Below are positions 11,423 through 21,869 of a stretch of 64,000 nucleotides of DNA, piece after piece (positions within the stretch are counted from its first letter, which is position 1; each line of letters starts with the position of its first letter). The stretch is from Cyanophora paradoxa CCMP329. Taxonomy: Eukaryota > Plantae > Glaucophyta. The notes under the pieces were generated by a model. That model had not been told where the DNA came from and made no database searches. It saw nothing but the letters and a program-made list of their open reading frames with translations. Made by a program: the position numbers and the translations under genes. The stretch is taken from the NCBI GenBank assembly GCA_004431415.1, contig QPMI01000600.1, positions 1 to 64,000 of the forward strand, read 5' to 3'.

Positions 11423-12478
11423 TTATGTTAAACTCACAAGCATCCCACCAAAAAGTAAACGGGAGGGATATGTTGAGTAAGGATAATAAAGTTGTATAGA
11501 GTCATTTTGGGAAAGATTTATTAAAATGTCAAGTCCATAGCAAGTGACTCCACCTTTTTCTTGGTTATACACTTGCAATCCGGTATCTGCTCCATTTTTG
11601 TATATCATTAGATAAAATATTGTCGATGAAGTTCCAATTGAGAAAAAGAACCTGTAACATCCAGCAATTGGTGCTGTAAAAGTGCCTGTTGTGGGGTCAA
11701 AGCAATTTCCCTGATCTACCAACTCTGTTCCATAAGAAGTTATTGGACCAGATCCAGAAGGTATTGTGAAAGTTAAAGCTCCATTTGGCGATTGCTTTGC
11801 AGCAAAAAATCTTGGGCAACCATTTCTTTTCAAATACTTTTCGTTTGATAGTGTCAGAGTTTCGTAATGAGTGGGTGTCTGTAAATTGGAAGGTATCTTT
11901 TCAAGAGAGAAAATCGTAATACCATTTCGTTTATAGTTCGCATTGGTATCTGATCCATTATCTACCTCAGGTGCATTAATTCTTGTAGTAGCTGTGAGAG
12001 TTCCATATTGGATATTTCCTGAGAGACCACCATTCAAAGACATCAATCCTGTAAATAAACTTGTCCCATCCACATTTAATTGATTAGCTGTGACAGTCCC
12101 TGCTACATTTGCTCCATCACCAATGTAGGCTCCTCCACTTTTCACCACAAGAGCCGAATTATTACTTGTGTTACCAAAAGTCACTATCTGTGCTGTGGTG
12201 ACTCCACCCACATTATCATACACTGCTGAATCTGGGACTACTTGACCTGCTTGAACTTGATTTTTATTCGAGATAATAATTCCTGTGGTTCTTATCTTGC
12301 CTCCATTTCGATCACATCGAATTTCTTTGACTCTGAGTATATTATTCTCTGTGAAAGAGGTATTACTTGAAGTTTCAGTGCAAATAAAACCGGGTGTGGA
12401 GTCGACTACTTCATGAGAGGTGCTGTGGAGTGATTTGGCTGCAAGTTCATAGTTTGGAATCTCTAAAAGGGAGGTCAT
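11423..12478 (-). CDS. Fibre-like protein with C-terminal C1q/TNF-like domain, paralog 4
   Basis: Shared N-terminal domain; C1q motifs FDPTTGTFTAPIAGCYRFFF and FGGMLVS. Probable start MTSLLEIP at 12478. Confidence 0.75.
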   Translation of the reverse strand: MTSLLEIPNYELAAKSLHSTSHEVVDSTPGFICTETSSNTSFTENNILRVKEIRCDRNGGKIRTTGIIISNKNQVQAGQVVPDSAVYDNVGGVTTAQIVTFGNTSNNSALVVKSGGAYIGDGANVAGTVTANQLNVDGTSLFTGLMSLNGGLSGNIQYGTLTATTRINAPEVDNGSDTNANYKRNGITIFSLEKIPSNLQTPTHYETLTLSNEKYLKRNGCPRFFAAKQSPNGALTFTIPSGSGPITSYGTELVDQGNCFDPTTGTFTAPIAGCYRFFFSIGTSSTIFYLMIYKNGADTGLQVYNQEKGGVTCYGLDILINLSQNDSIQLYYPYSTYPSRLLFGGMLVSLT

Positions 12479-12497
12479 CTTTATAATTACGAAATAG

Positions 12498-15400
12498 TTA
12501 AATTGCGACAGCAATGTAATGAATTGTAACTGGAAATCCTGGTCTGTCAAAAGAACTTAATGGAACTATGTCAAGCTCACAAGTGAAATAGCTACTGTAA
12601 ACTTGTTTAAGCCTAACATACATTCGATAGTAGTAGGCTGTCTCATTGTGTTGTATACCAGTTGTTACAATAGGAGGGTTAGCAAAGCTGCTGTTGAAAT
12701 TAATAGTGAGGTTAAACCTATGGTCAGGATTTGCCCAAAGATAAGGAGTAGTGTAAACATACGTTCCTGCTTGGATTTTCCCATTAAAATATGCATTGAG
12801 TTGACTGGAAAGATCTGCCTCTGTAATACATCGACTGATGGTCGCATTATTTGAGGGGTTCATAGCATAGAAATTTCTTGCATAGGCATTTCCACGAACA
12901 AGTAAGGTTTTATCAAAGTAATTCTGCGAATTGTGGAAGAACCATGTTTCTTCAAACATAGGTCCTGCTGGTTCTACAATCTGACCTGATCCTACATACA
13001 TTGTGTTGTTGGCTCTTATAGTGGTAGCTGTGAATGGATCCAGAGTAGGTCGATCTGTAATATCTCCCCAAAGGTGGGTGTGTGCGAAATCTGTAATTTG
13101 GTATTTTGTATGAGTATGAGCAAAGTCTGTAATTTCACCTTTGGTGTGAGTGTGAGCAAAATCTGTAATCTCACTCTTGACATGAGTGTGTGCAAAATCT
13201 GTTATCTCACTCTTGACATGAGTGTGTGCAAAATCTGTAATCTGTGACTTTGTGTGAGTGTGAGCAAAATCTGAGATCTCAGATTTAAAATGGGTGTGAG
13301 CAAAATTCGTGATATCTGCTCTGGTGTGGGTGTGTGCAAAATCTGTTATCTGGGATTTTGTGTGAGTGTGTGCGAAATCTGTGATCTCTGCCTTTGTGTG
13401 GGTGTGTGATCTATTATTAAGATCAAGGAAACTACCTGAGTATGCAACAGGGTGTAAATTGGATGGGGTGGGTTTATTTATGAGATCATTATAATCTCCT
13501 GTGAAAGAGATGGTCTTTAGTTCACCCCTTCCTACATAATCAGAAGGGAGATCAATCTTAATGGGCATAATAGCTGGATCATCAGGTATCTCATACTCAC
13601 CTCCTGGATGAACCACAGGAAAGGTTTGATTGCTTTCAGTATGGACAAAGAAGTTACATGCTGTTACTGTTCCATCAATAGTCCCACCTGTGAGAGGGAG
13701 GTAATTGCCTGTAACACCAATACCTATACCTGCAATGATTGTATTTAGTTCTGTTTCATCTATGTAGTTCTGAGCTTGAAGGTAATCCTCTGTGACTACT
13801 CTCGAAATGCTCTCATTGTGTATGTTTTTTGCAGCCATTCTTTGATTGGCTTCCAGAACCCCACCATAATCTGTTTTAATCCATGCAAGCTCTGCCCTTC
13901 CATAATTATCATTTGCAGTTCCCACTATGGGAATGTAGGAATACTTATCTCGACTGAAAACTATCATTGGTCTTGAGCCATCTAAGCTGCTTACATCTGC
14001 TACATGAACCTGTATAGCAGAGTTGTAATTTTGGTAGGTTGCTGGGTCTGTTGGGACTCTGAATGTATCTGTGGGAATGTCAGCCTCCATGTAGCTTGAC
14101 ACAAAGATATTTGGTATGGTTGCTCCTGGTGGTGGTGGGGTTTCAAAAGAGCCTGGTAATGTCCTAATATGAAGTGGTCCTCTCATAGCTGAATTTGCAA
14201 GTGTCCCATTCACATGTACATAGTGTTCATTCAAAAAGATTCTTTCAGGGATATTACAAGTCTGGTAAAGAGAAACCCCCAAGTTATCAAGAGGCTCCAC
14301 CTTTGCGAATTCTGGTTGGTCATTGATCTCATCCCAAATATGTTCATGTTTGCTTGGTGGGAACTCAGTTGGAATCCCATCAATTTCACCCCAATCATGC
14401 CTGTGATCTTCTGGTGGATACTTCTGAGGTTTGCCTAAGATCTCATCCCAATCATGATTGTGATCCTCTGGGGGATACTTTGCAGGTTTATTATTAATTT
14501 GTTCATAATCAGGAAAGAACTCCCAGATCTCAGGTCGAAATCCATCTGGTAATAATTCCTCATGGGGTTCATAAGGTTGCTCATAATCAACAGCTGGTGG
14601 ATCATGCCCATCTGGCAAATACTCCTCATCAGGTTCATAGTTCTGCTCATACTCAAACTCTTGGGGATCTAAGCCATCTGGTAGTATCTCCTCCTCATTG
14701 GGGTCAAACTGATCATATTCATATTCTTGTGGGTCAAAACCATCTGGTAAATATTCTTCCTCATCTGGAACGAATTGATATTCATCAAGCTCTAATATAT
14801 CGACTTCAGGAGGTAAATACTGCTCATCTATTTGCTTTCTGGGTTCAATTATAGGTTTATTGCGAACTTGCTCCCAACTAACAATATGCTGCCCAAAGGC
14901 TACATCTTCAGTTGCTGTGTATTCTCTTCCAGGCTGTTTCTTTGGTGTTAAATCGGGAGGTCCATTTGGAAATGGAATAGGGAATGGGACTGTTGGTCCA
15001 TTGGGACCATAATGCTCAATTATTTCCCTTAGAGTTTTCTCACTCACAAGTTTCTCCCCATTTGCATACACATTGCTGCCATGGATATTTCGCCATTGCC
15101 TGGTTCTAATTCCAAGGTCTTTCACATTGCTATACAAAGGCAAAAGGTGCCTATCCATTTCGACTAAATCAGGATGTAAATGGATTGCTACTGGTTGACT
15201 GGGGCTACTGTTGATTGTAATTGATGGCTTTTTTTGATGGACATCTTTTGGAGTAAAAAACCCAAAAGGCTCATTCCTCGCAAAGTCATATGTAATATCC
15301 TTGGGGTATACATCATTTGTGTAGGAGACCTGATTTGTGTTGGCAATGGGACCCACTTGCAATACTTGGGGGACCTCAGCTTTTGCAGTGCTGCCCTCAT

Positions 15401-15785
15401 TGTAAATTCGCAAAGCTGTGTTCTGTTTGCCCTGCTCATCTTGAACATTGAAAATCAATCGACCACTATCGAACCTGGAAGGTATATCTGGGTGAGTGCC
15501 ACTGGTTTTTAGTTTCCTAGGTCTCCTTCTTGTTGCTTTGATCTCTGCCACTTGGTTTGCTTTCACATTACCCAAACTAAAGGCTACACTGACATCCTCT
15601 TTATCTGGATCGGTTTGATTCACAGATAAAGCATGCTCCCTTGATTGAGTCTTTGATGAATTATCAGAGCTGTGGTCAATTGAAACTGAACCCTTTACTT
15701 TAATATTATCAAAGTTCACATGCTTGGTGCTGCTTGCATTATCATCTTGAATGGTTTCTAGATTTGGTGGGTAATTGAAGCTCAT
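12498..15785 (-). CDS. Large tail-fibre-like protein (1095 aa) with His-rich repeats and C-terminal H-type-lectin-like domain
   Basis: Ten 12-aa FAHTHxKxEITD repeats, KPxxYPPEDHxHDWxEI repeats, acidic EYLPDGxDP repeats, and C-terminal FNSSFANPPIV...IHYIAVA. Confidence 0.7.
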   Translation of the reverse strand: MSFNYPPNLETIQDDNASSTKHVNFDNIKVKGSVSIDHSSDNSSKTQSREHALSVNQTDPDKEDVSVAFSLGNVKANQVAEIKATRRRPRKLKTSGTHPDIPSRFDSGRLIFNVQDEQGKQNTALRIYNEGSTAKAEVPQVLQVGPIANTNQVSYTNDVYPKDITYDFARNEPFGFFTPKDVHQKKPSITINSSPSQPVAIHLHPDLVEMDRHLLPLYSNVKDLGIRTRQWRNIHGSNVYANGEKLVSEKTLREIIEHYGPNGPTVPFPIPFPNGPPDLTPKKQPGREYTATEDVAFGQHIVSWEQVRNKPIIEPRKQIDEQYLPPEVDILELDEYQFVPDEEEYLPDGFDPQEYEYDQFDPNEEEILPDGLDPQEFEYEQNYEPDEEYLPDGHDPPAVDYEQPYEPHEELLPDGFRPEIWEFFPDYEQINNKPAKYPPEDHNHDWDEILGKPQKYPPEDHRHDWGEIDGIPTEFPPSKHEHIWDEINDQPEFAKVEPLDNLGVSLYQTCNIPERIFLNEHYVHVNGTLANSAMRGPLHIRTLPGSFETPPPPGATIPNIFVSSYMEADIPTDTFRVPTDPATYQNYNSAIQVHVADVSSLDGSRPMIVFSRDKYSYIPIVGTANDNYGRAELAWIKTDYGGVLEANQRMAAKNIHNESISRVVTEDYLQAQNYIDETELNTIIAGIGIGVTGNYLPLTGGTIDGTVTACNFFVHTESNQTFPVVHPGGEYEIPDDPAIMPIKIDLPSDYVGRGELKTISFTGDYNDLINKPTPSNLHPVAYSGSFLDLNNRSHTHTKAEITDFAHTHTKSQITDFAHTHTRADITNFAHTHFKSEISDFAHTHTKSQITDFAHTHVKSEITDFAHTHVKSEITDFAHTHTKGEITDFAHTHTKYQITDFAHTHLWGDITDRPTLDPFTATTIRANNTMYVGSGQIVEPAGPMFEETWFFHNSQNYFDKTLLVRGNAYARNFYAMNPSNNATISRCITEADLSSQLNAYFNGKIQAGTYVYTTPYLWANPDHRFNLTINFNSSFANPPIVTTGIQHNETAYYYRMYVRLKQVYSSYFTCELDIVPLSSFDRPGFPVTIHYIAVAI

Positions 15786-15828
15786 GGCTTTTACTATATG
15801 GATTTATAAAATTCCTGATAAGTAAAAG

Positions 15829-17384
15829 ATGCCTCTCAAGGTCGTTTTAAGTCTTTCTGGCGGGGGTGCAAGGGGCATTATCATAACCAGGCTGCTAAAA
15901 GAAATCGAAAATCGAACTGGCAGGAGAATAATCGATCTTGTGGATCTTGTGAGTGGAACTTCCACTGGTGGGATCATTGCAATAGGTTTGAATATAAGGC
16001 ATCCTGATAGACCAGGTGAACCTAAACTGACAGCGAACGATTTACACAATATTTACCTAACTCAACTGCCCTTGATTTTCGCAAATCCTCGAAATATAAT
16101 CGAAAATGCCCTTTTTAATACAAAGTATGATGTGGGACCCTTGGAGACTGCAATCAATTCAGTTACTGGTGAATCACTAATACAGGATTCCCTAAAGGAC
16201 ATTGTGATTACATCCTTTGATACTCAGAATATGAAACCAATATTTATCACAAATGACAACAATTACAACTTTATGCCTTGTAAGATTGCTGCTAGGGCTA
16301 CTTCTGCTGCTCCTACATATTTCTCTCCTGTAAGCATTGTTGATTTCAATCGGGGAGTATATGTCTGTCTCATTGATGGTGCCATTTCGGGAAACAATAA
16401 TCCCAGTGTGTGTGGTTACAGCCATGCAAAGAAGATTTACAGTGATGATGATGACATTATAGTAATAAGTATCTCTTGTGGAGAGGTGGACCCACATTTA
16501 GAGTCTGATTATGTGGGTTATGCTTATGAGACTGTCAACAGCTGGGGCATTCTCTCATGGATTGCCTCAACAGATGGAAGCCCATTGATTAACATGCTCA
16601 TGGCTGCAAGTGAGCTTTCTGCCCTTGATAAGATGGAGGAGTTGTTACCCTACAACTATGATCAGGATTATGGGAGATACTATAGGCTATCAGTGCCTCT
16701 TCCAAACCATATAGTTAGCTCCCTTGATGACACTTCTAAAATCCCAGATATGCTTTCTTTCACAGAAACCTACATTGCAGCAAACAATGATATGATCAAT
16801 AAGCTTTGCAGCCTACTAGTAGCAAACTATGAACTAAAGAACCCTTCAAAGGCTTACATTTCATCCACTCTCACTACATCACCACCTTTGGATGCTAATT
16901 GGTATCAGCTTGCAGATGATGCCTTCACTGCCTCATCCTCTGTGACTGGTAAAGAGCCTTTCATGGCTAGACCTTCAGCATTTGGCTGGGAAGCTGGAGC
17001 CTATGCTCCTGAGCAGATATGGGAAACCCCACTGAATACCTTCAAGTTGCTTTCCCATATACTTTTGAACTCTCTTCTGTGATTGCCTATGGATCAGGGG
17101 ACACCAATGCTTTTATTAAGATTTTCAATGTGGCAACATCCACTGATGGGATCAACTGGTCTTTTATTCGATCAGATGGGCAGAACAAAATATATGTCTG
17201 TGAGAACATTAACAATGCTCACAACTCAGGTGATATGGCTCTATTGAGTGGGTTCCCTCTCAGCATCAAGGATGCTTTTTACATAGGTTTTTCTCTCAGA
17301 ATTAAATATATTCGCATTTATCCCCTTGTGTATGTGAATGCTCCCACAATGAGAGTTGATTTCACAGGTGCCTTTATTCGATAA
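15829..17384 (+). CDS. Patatin-like phospholipase fused to F5/8 type C (discoidin) domain; frameshifted at ~17021
   Basis: Patatin motifs GGGARG, GTSTG and DGA. The discoidin domain begins in ORF 15829..17082 (FTASSS...ARP..GW) and continues in the -1 frame ORF 17019..17384 (EYLQV...STDGINW...YIRIYP...MRVDF). Confidence 0.85.
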
Positions 17385-18306
17385 ACTCCAACTGAAAAGA
17401 ATTATCGATTCCATTCATATCAATCAGTTCACCAAAGTAATCTTTAAATTCAACTGTGAGTTCCCTTATCACCAGGTTTCTGTCATTGATTTGAATAAAT
17501 TCTGCATGCTCACCACTATGGTAAACATAGCCCCCTATATCCTTACTCAATTGCAATCTAAGGATAGCTCCCTGATTTTGTGGTTGCGATTTTGGAATTA
17601 TATTGTGTCTGCTGGCAAAGGGGGACAGCTCTTTAATATGCATGTACAGATACTGCTCAGCATTCATATCAGACATCTTCCTGCTGTCAAAATAATATTG
17701 CAAGGGCTTAGAGGAGAGTCTGGGTCCTGAGAAGGTGATTCCCCATGCTGGGTGATCAGGTGTAATAGGTTTGCCATCATACTTTAAAAGGTTCTCAGGT
17801 CGATAGGGAGATCCACCAACAGGAGGAGTGCTATAATACCCATTGGTGTATTCAGTAGAACTCACACCCAAAAGCTTCCCTATTCTCTGGTTGCTTGCAA
17901 TAAAACGAAACTCATGGTTACTGTAAAACTCCACTTTATAGGTAGTTGGGTTATAGAATATCTTGAACTCAAAAGCTACTGTTTTGCCTGCAATAGTTTG
18001 GAAGCTTGAATAGTTCAGCCCATAATTATAAGGGTGTGTGACCCCAAAATGACCCTGATTGATGTAGCCACTGGGAAGGGGATACACTTGTTGTGTGATC
18101 ACTTGGTTATATGAACCATCTTGGTAATTAAACTGAACTGTTAGATGATCAGTTCCCACACTGTTATAGATACTGTTTGGAATCTCTGCATAGAGAACCC
18201 TGCATTCCCTTGGTCTCTCTACTGGAGTTGTGAGAGTGACCCTGTAAGAGTTTTCATTTTGTCCTTGGCTTCTATCCCTGCTATCAATATTAACAAGTCG
18301 ATTCAT
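17374..18306 (-). CDS. Minor capsid (penton-like) protein 1
   Basis: N-terminal IDSRDR motif, EIPNSIYN, YLYMHIKEL and C-terminal GELIDMNGIDNSFQLEF are typical of PLV/NCLDV single-jelly-roll pentons. Confidence 0.75.
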   Translation of the reverse strand: MNRLVNIDSRDRSQGQNENSYRVTLTTPVERPRECRVLYAEIPNSIYNSVGTDHLTVQFNYQDGSYNQVITQQVYPLPSGYINQGHFGVTHPYNYGLNYSSFQTIAGKTVAFEFKIFYNPTTYKVEFYSNHEFRFIASNQRIGKLLGVSSTEYTNGYYSTPPVGGSPYRPENLLKYDGKPITPDHPAWGITFSGPRLSSKPLQYYFDSRKMSDMNAEQYLYMHIKELSPFASRHNIIPKSQPQNQGAILRLQLSKDIGGYVYHSGEHAEFIQINDRNLVIRELTVEFKDYFGELIDMNGIDNSFQLEFIE

Positions 18307-18335
18307 TTTAATATATAAATATAGATAAAAGAAGA

Positions 18336-19346
18336 ATGCCTGTGGATTACATCGAGGTTAGCTCATTTAATACAATCTCTGGTGATGGTCCCACATCAAG
18401 CTTTGTGGCTAGACTCCCAAGTTCTTATGAGAATGTGAGGGCTGTGAGACTGGTATCAGCCGAATTTTATAACAGCATCCCTATGGTGAGTGGGGAAACC
18501 AAAGTAGGAGATGTAACAATCGACAATTCATTTAGTATTTACTATTCTGAAGAACTTGCAGGAGCTGGAATTGATGGTATCCCCACAGTTCGCCCAGCTG
18601 AGGACTTTGAACAGTGGAAACAAATCATTATAAGTCGCAAAGCCCCCATCCAAAGCCACCAACAACTGGTGAATGTTATTAATGAAAAGTTCGATTTGAA
18701 AAATCCTAAACCATCTCTTCGCTGCAAATGGGATGAGTCACTGAAACGAATAGTATTCCATTCCGAAAAAAAGTTTTACCTGGCTTTCTCACTTGCTGTA
18801 AATCCAAACCTGCAAACAATTCAAAAGCTATTGAGTTCAGGTAGACTGCTTGGTCTTGATCCTGGAAGATATGGCAATTCCTCAATCCAATCACAAGTTT
18901 ATGATGCTCTCACTGATGGTATCTTTACTGGAACTCGAGTAAACGGTATTCTATCTTCTTTTGAGCCTGAGAAGACCAGGGACAGTGTTTTGTTTGTGAG
19001 AGTAAAGGAGCTGGGTGATCTGGTGCAATGTGGGGATGGTCTTCTGACTGGTTACTTCCATAAAATAGTGGTCCCTGACAAAGACTATGGTGAGCATGTA
19101 GTTTACAATTCAACAGAGGCTCATCCACTTTACAAATACTATAATAAGAAAGTTGGATTATCCACTTTCTCGGTTGATATTGTAAATGCTATTAATGAAC
19201 CAATTGATTTTGAGGGTCAACCTGTTCATCTTACCTTTGAAATTCGCTATGGTGATGAGCCAGCAGGCGACCCTGTTTATGAATACTTTAAGATGCGAAT
19301 GTCACAGCTTCACCCTTCCTATCCAGTTATTACAAGCTTCGCATAA
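18336..19346 (+). CDS. Minor capsid (penton-like) protein 2
   Basis: Same architecture: LPSSYENVRAVRLVSAEFYNS, LFVRVKEL, EPIDFEGQPVHLTFEI. It lies directly upstream of the MCP. Confidence 0.7.
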   Translation: MPVDYIEVSSFNTISGDGPTSSFVARLPSSYENVRAVRLVSAEFYNSIPMVSGETKVGDVTIDNSFSIYYSEELAGAGIDGIPTVRPAEDFEQWKQIIISRKAPIQSHQQLVNVINEKFDLKNPKPSLRCKWDESLKRIVFHSEKKFYLAFSLAVNPNLQTIQKLLSSGRLLGLDPGRYGNSSIQSQVYDALTDGIFTGTRVNGILSSFEPEKTRDSVLFVRVKELGDLVQCGDGLLTGYFHKIVVPDKDYGEHVVYNSTEAHPLYKYYNKKVGLSTFSVDIVNAINEPIDFEGQPVHLTFEIRYGDEPAGDPVYEYFKMRMSQLHPSYPVITSFA

Positions 19347-19399
19347 ATTAAGGATCATTGGTAGATTTTTTATGTTGCAGTATAATAAAAGAGAATATA

Positions 19400-20767
19400 A
19401 TGGATATCACTTCCACTCTTCAAAGACTTTCGCTGAAAGAAGCCCTAACAACCCCAGAGGAGGCGAAAGCCTTTTTCTTGGATAACTCCCTTATGCTTGG
19501 TCTCGAATCCAAGTCTAAGCCAGTTCTAGTTGTTGTGAATCCCAGCAATACTTTTGAGAATAATGTAGGAAATCGCATTTCCTTCAAGCTACCTCGCTAC
19601 AATTTCTGTGGAAAACTCGAACTTGCTTTCGACCTTCCAGCCATCACTTTTGCTGGTGATACGGACCTTGTTCGCAATGGATACACTCGCCCTGTTGGTG
19701 CTTTAGTTCAGCGACTTGAAATTACCTATGGATCTTACACCTACCACATTCCTTCTGATTTCCTTGCTCATTTCCCCCTGGTCTATTATTCGGAGGATCA
19801 ACTAGCTAAAAAGAAACGCTCAATGGGCATGGTTCATGGTATCCCTGCTCATGGAACCAACCGACTTGGTGGCTCATTTTTCGTTGAAATCCCTGTGCCT
19901 TGGCTAAATCACTATCTTCCCCTTGGTGCTTTATCTGGTGAAATGGTTGTTACTGTTTGGTTTAAGGATGCTGATAAGGGTTATGTTGAAACTTCCTATG
20001 GTGGTCGTGAACTCACAACTGCTGTTGGAACTGTTGATGCAACTGCTGATGATGGTCTTGGAAACTTTACAGATGGAACCCTTGCCCATGTTGGTCAAAA
20101 CATCACCACTTTCAGTCTTGGTGCAACAACCCCTGCTATTTCAATTACTTCTCCTCGCCTTTACATGCATGCTATTAATGTTTCTGATGAGCTTTTCGCT
20201 ACTGTAATTGAAAAAGTAAAGACTACTGGCATGGCTATTCCCTCCCTTGATATTGGATTTGTAGATGCCATTGCTTTTGCTGCCAAGGGCAATGCCCAGC
20301 CCAATCGAATTAACCTCTCTCAAATCTCAGGTCTTGTCTATGCTCTGCTTGTTTCAGTTCGTGATTATGAGACTGTTGACAAATCCAATGGCTCCCACAG
20401 TGTTCTTAAGACCTATGCCAACTCCAAAGAGATAACATTCACTGTGGAAATAAATGGTCAGCGACTTTTTGCCACTGAGCCAATTTCCCTACTCAAAGGT
20501 GCTGAGCTAATTGCTGATGCATTCAAATGCTCTAACATGGACAAGGTCGCAGATAAATATGTCCTTTCGGGTATGAGTTTCTGCCTTAATGGAGAAAATG
20601 CGATTCGAAATATCGCTCAAAGTGGCTTTGTCGACCTGACAAATTCCTCATCTTCATTCCTCACACTCTACATGCCCACAGATAAGACAATCAATGTTCA
20701 AGTTCGCGCTCTCATGCATAGCTATATAATTGTCGACAAAGATGGATTACGTCGTATAAATTTGTAG
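19400..20767 (+). CDS. Major capsid protein (double jelly roll, PLV type)
   Basis: ~455-aa beta-rich protein between the penton and the packaging ATPase; N-terminal ISFKLPR..CGKLELAFDLP..LVQRLEITYG pattern. Probable ATG at 19400. Confidence 0.7.
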   Translation: MDITSTLQRLSLKEALTTPEEAKAFFLDNSLMLGLESKSKPVLVVVNPSNTFENNVGNRISFKLPRYNFCGKLELAFDLPAITFAGDTDLVRNGYTRPVGALVQRLEITYGSYTYHIPSDFLAHFPLVYYSEDQLAKKKRSMGMVHGIPAHGTNRLGGSFFVEIPVPWLNHYLPLGALSGEMVVTVWFKDADKGYVETSYGGRELTTAVGTVDATADDGLGNFTDGTLAHVGQNITTFSLGATTPAISITSPRLYMHAINVSDELFATVIEKVKTTGMAIPSLDIGFVDAIAFAAKGNAQPNRINLSQISGLVYALLVSVRDYETVDKSNGSHSVLKTYANSKEITFTVEINGQRLFATEPISLLKGAELIADAFKCSNMDKVADKYVLSGMSFCLNGENAIRNIAQSGFVDLTNSSSSFLTLYMPTDKTINVQVRALMHSYIIVDKDGLRRINL

Positions 20768-20871
20768 TAATCTTACCATTTCTCGTAAGGCATTTAAAGA
20801 AAAAAATTGATTACTTTTTTATCATCGAAAACTATTTAAAGGTTTGCTTTGCATAGATTGTAAGAAAGCCA

Positions 20872-21813
20872 ATGAAGCTAAATTCGCTCGAGACCTTTAT
20901 TCAAAAAAGTGTAAGCATTCATGGAGAGAAATTTGGATATGATCGAGCTACTTATAATGGGGTCAAATCGAAAATTACACTTCTATGCAAGTCATGTGAC
21001 GAATATTTCGAGGTCATTTCTGGAAATCATCTGAATCCAAAAAGCCATGGTGGATGCAAACAATGCAAAAGAAAATTCTATCAAGCTTGTTTCCAAAAAA
21101 AAGCAAACATATTTATTGAAGAAGCAAAGGCAAAGCATGGGGACAAGTATGATTACACAAAGGTAGAATATTTGAATGCTCGAACAAAAATTCAAATAAA
21201 GTGTAATACCTGTGGTATTGAGTTTTTGCAGGTGCCTGATTCGCATTTGAGAGGTCTAGGCTGTGAAAAATGTTCTTATAGAAAACGTGGCGAATTAAGG
21301 AAAAGGACAATTACACAATTTATTCAAAGAAGTCGGACTGTGCATGGTGACAAATATGAGTATTCTAAAGCGAATTACACAAACAAATTTGGTAAAGTAT
21401 TGCTGGGTTGCAAAACATGCGGAAAGGATTTTGAGCAGGAGGCAAATTCTCATCTTCAAGGATCTGGATGTCCAAACTGCAAAATGTCAAAAGGGGAGAG
21501 CAAAATCGGAATTGTGTTAGACCTAATTGGGATTGAGTTCAAAACCCAAATGAAGTTTCATGGTTGCAAACATATAAAAGAGCTTCGATTTGATTTCTTC
21601 GTACCATCTCTCAAAATCGCTATCGAATATGATGGTGTTCAGCATTTCAAACCTGTGGAACAGTTTGGAGGTCAGAAGGCATTTGAAGATACCCAAGTTC
21701 GTGATGGAATTAAAAATCGATACTGTGAAGCTAACAACATTAAACTGCTGAGAATCCCATACACCGAAACTGATATTGAGGGCTGCATTAAAAGATTCCT
21801 TTCTAACATGTAA
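20872..21813 (+). CDS. Zinc-ribbon repeat PD-(D/E)xK/Vsr-like endonuclease (homing-endonuclease-like)
   Basis: Three HG(D/E)K(Y/F)xY...CxxC...H..GCxxC repeats, then RFDFFVPSLKIAIEYDGVQHF. Confidence 0.8.
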   Translation: MKLNSLETFIQKSVSIHGEKFGYDRATYNGVKSKITLLCKSCDEYFEVISGNHLNPKSHGGCKQCKRKFYQACFQKKANIFIEEAKAKHGDKYDYTKVEYLNARTKIQIKCNTCGIEFLQVPDSHLRGLGCEKCSYRKRGELRKRTITQFIQRSRTVHGDKYEYSKANYTNKFGKVLLGCKTCGKDFEQEANSHLQGSGCPNCKMSKGESKIGIVLDLIGIEFKTQMKFHGCKHIKELRFDFFVPSLKIAIEYDGVQHFKPVEQFGGQKAFEDTQVRDGIKNRYCEANNIKLLRIPYTETDIEGCIKRFLSNM

Positions 21814-21869
21814 ACCATATTCAGTCACCTTGCATTATTTTTATCTGTTTCTTTATAGAAAGATACACA

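Noticed and set aside
17021-17027. GGGAAAC slippery heptamer suggesting programmed -1 frameshift in the patatin gene
   Set aside because: The heptamer is phased with the downstream ORF, not the upstream frame (TGG GAA ACC), so it is not a canonical X XXY YYZ site. A one-base deletion is simpler.
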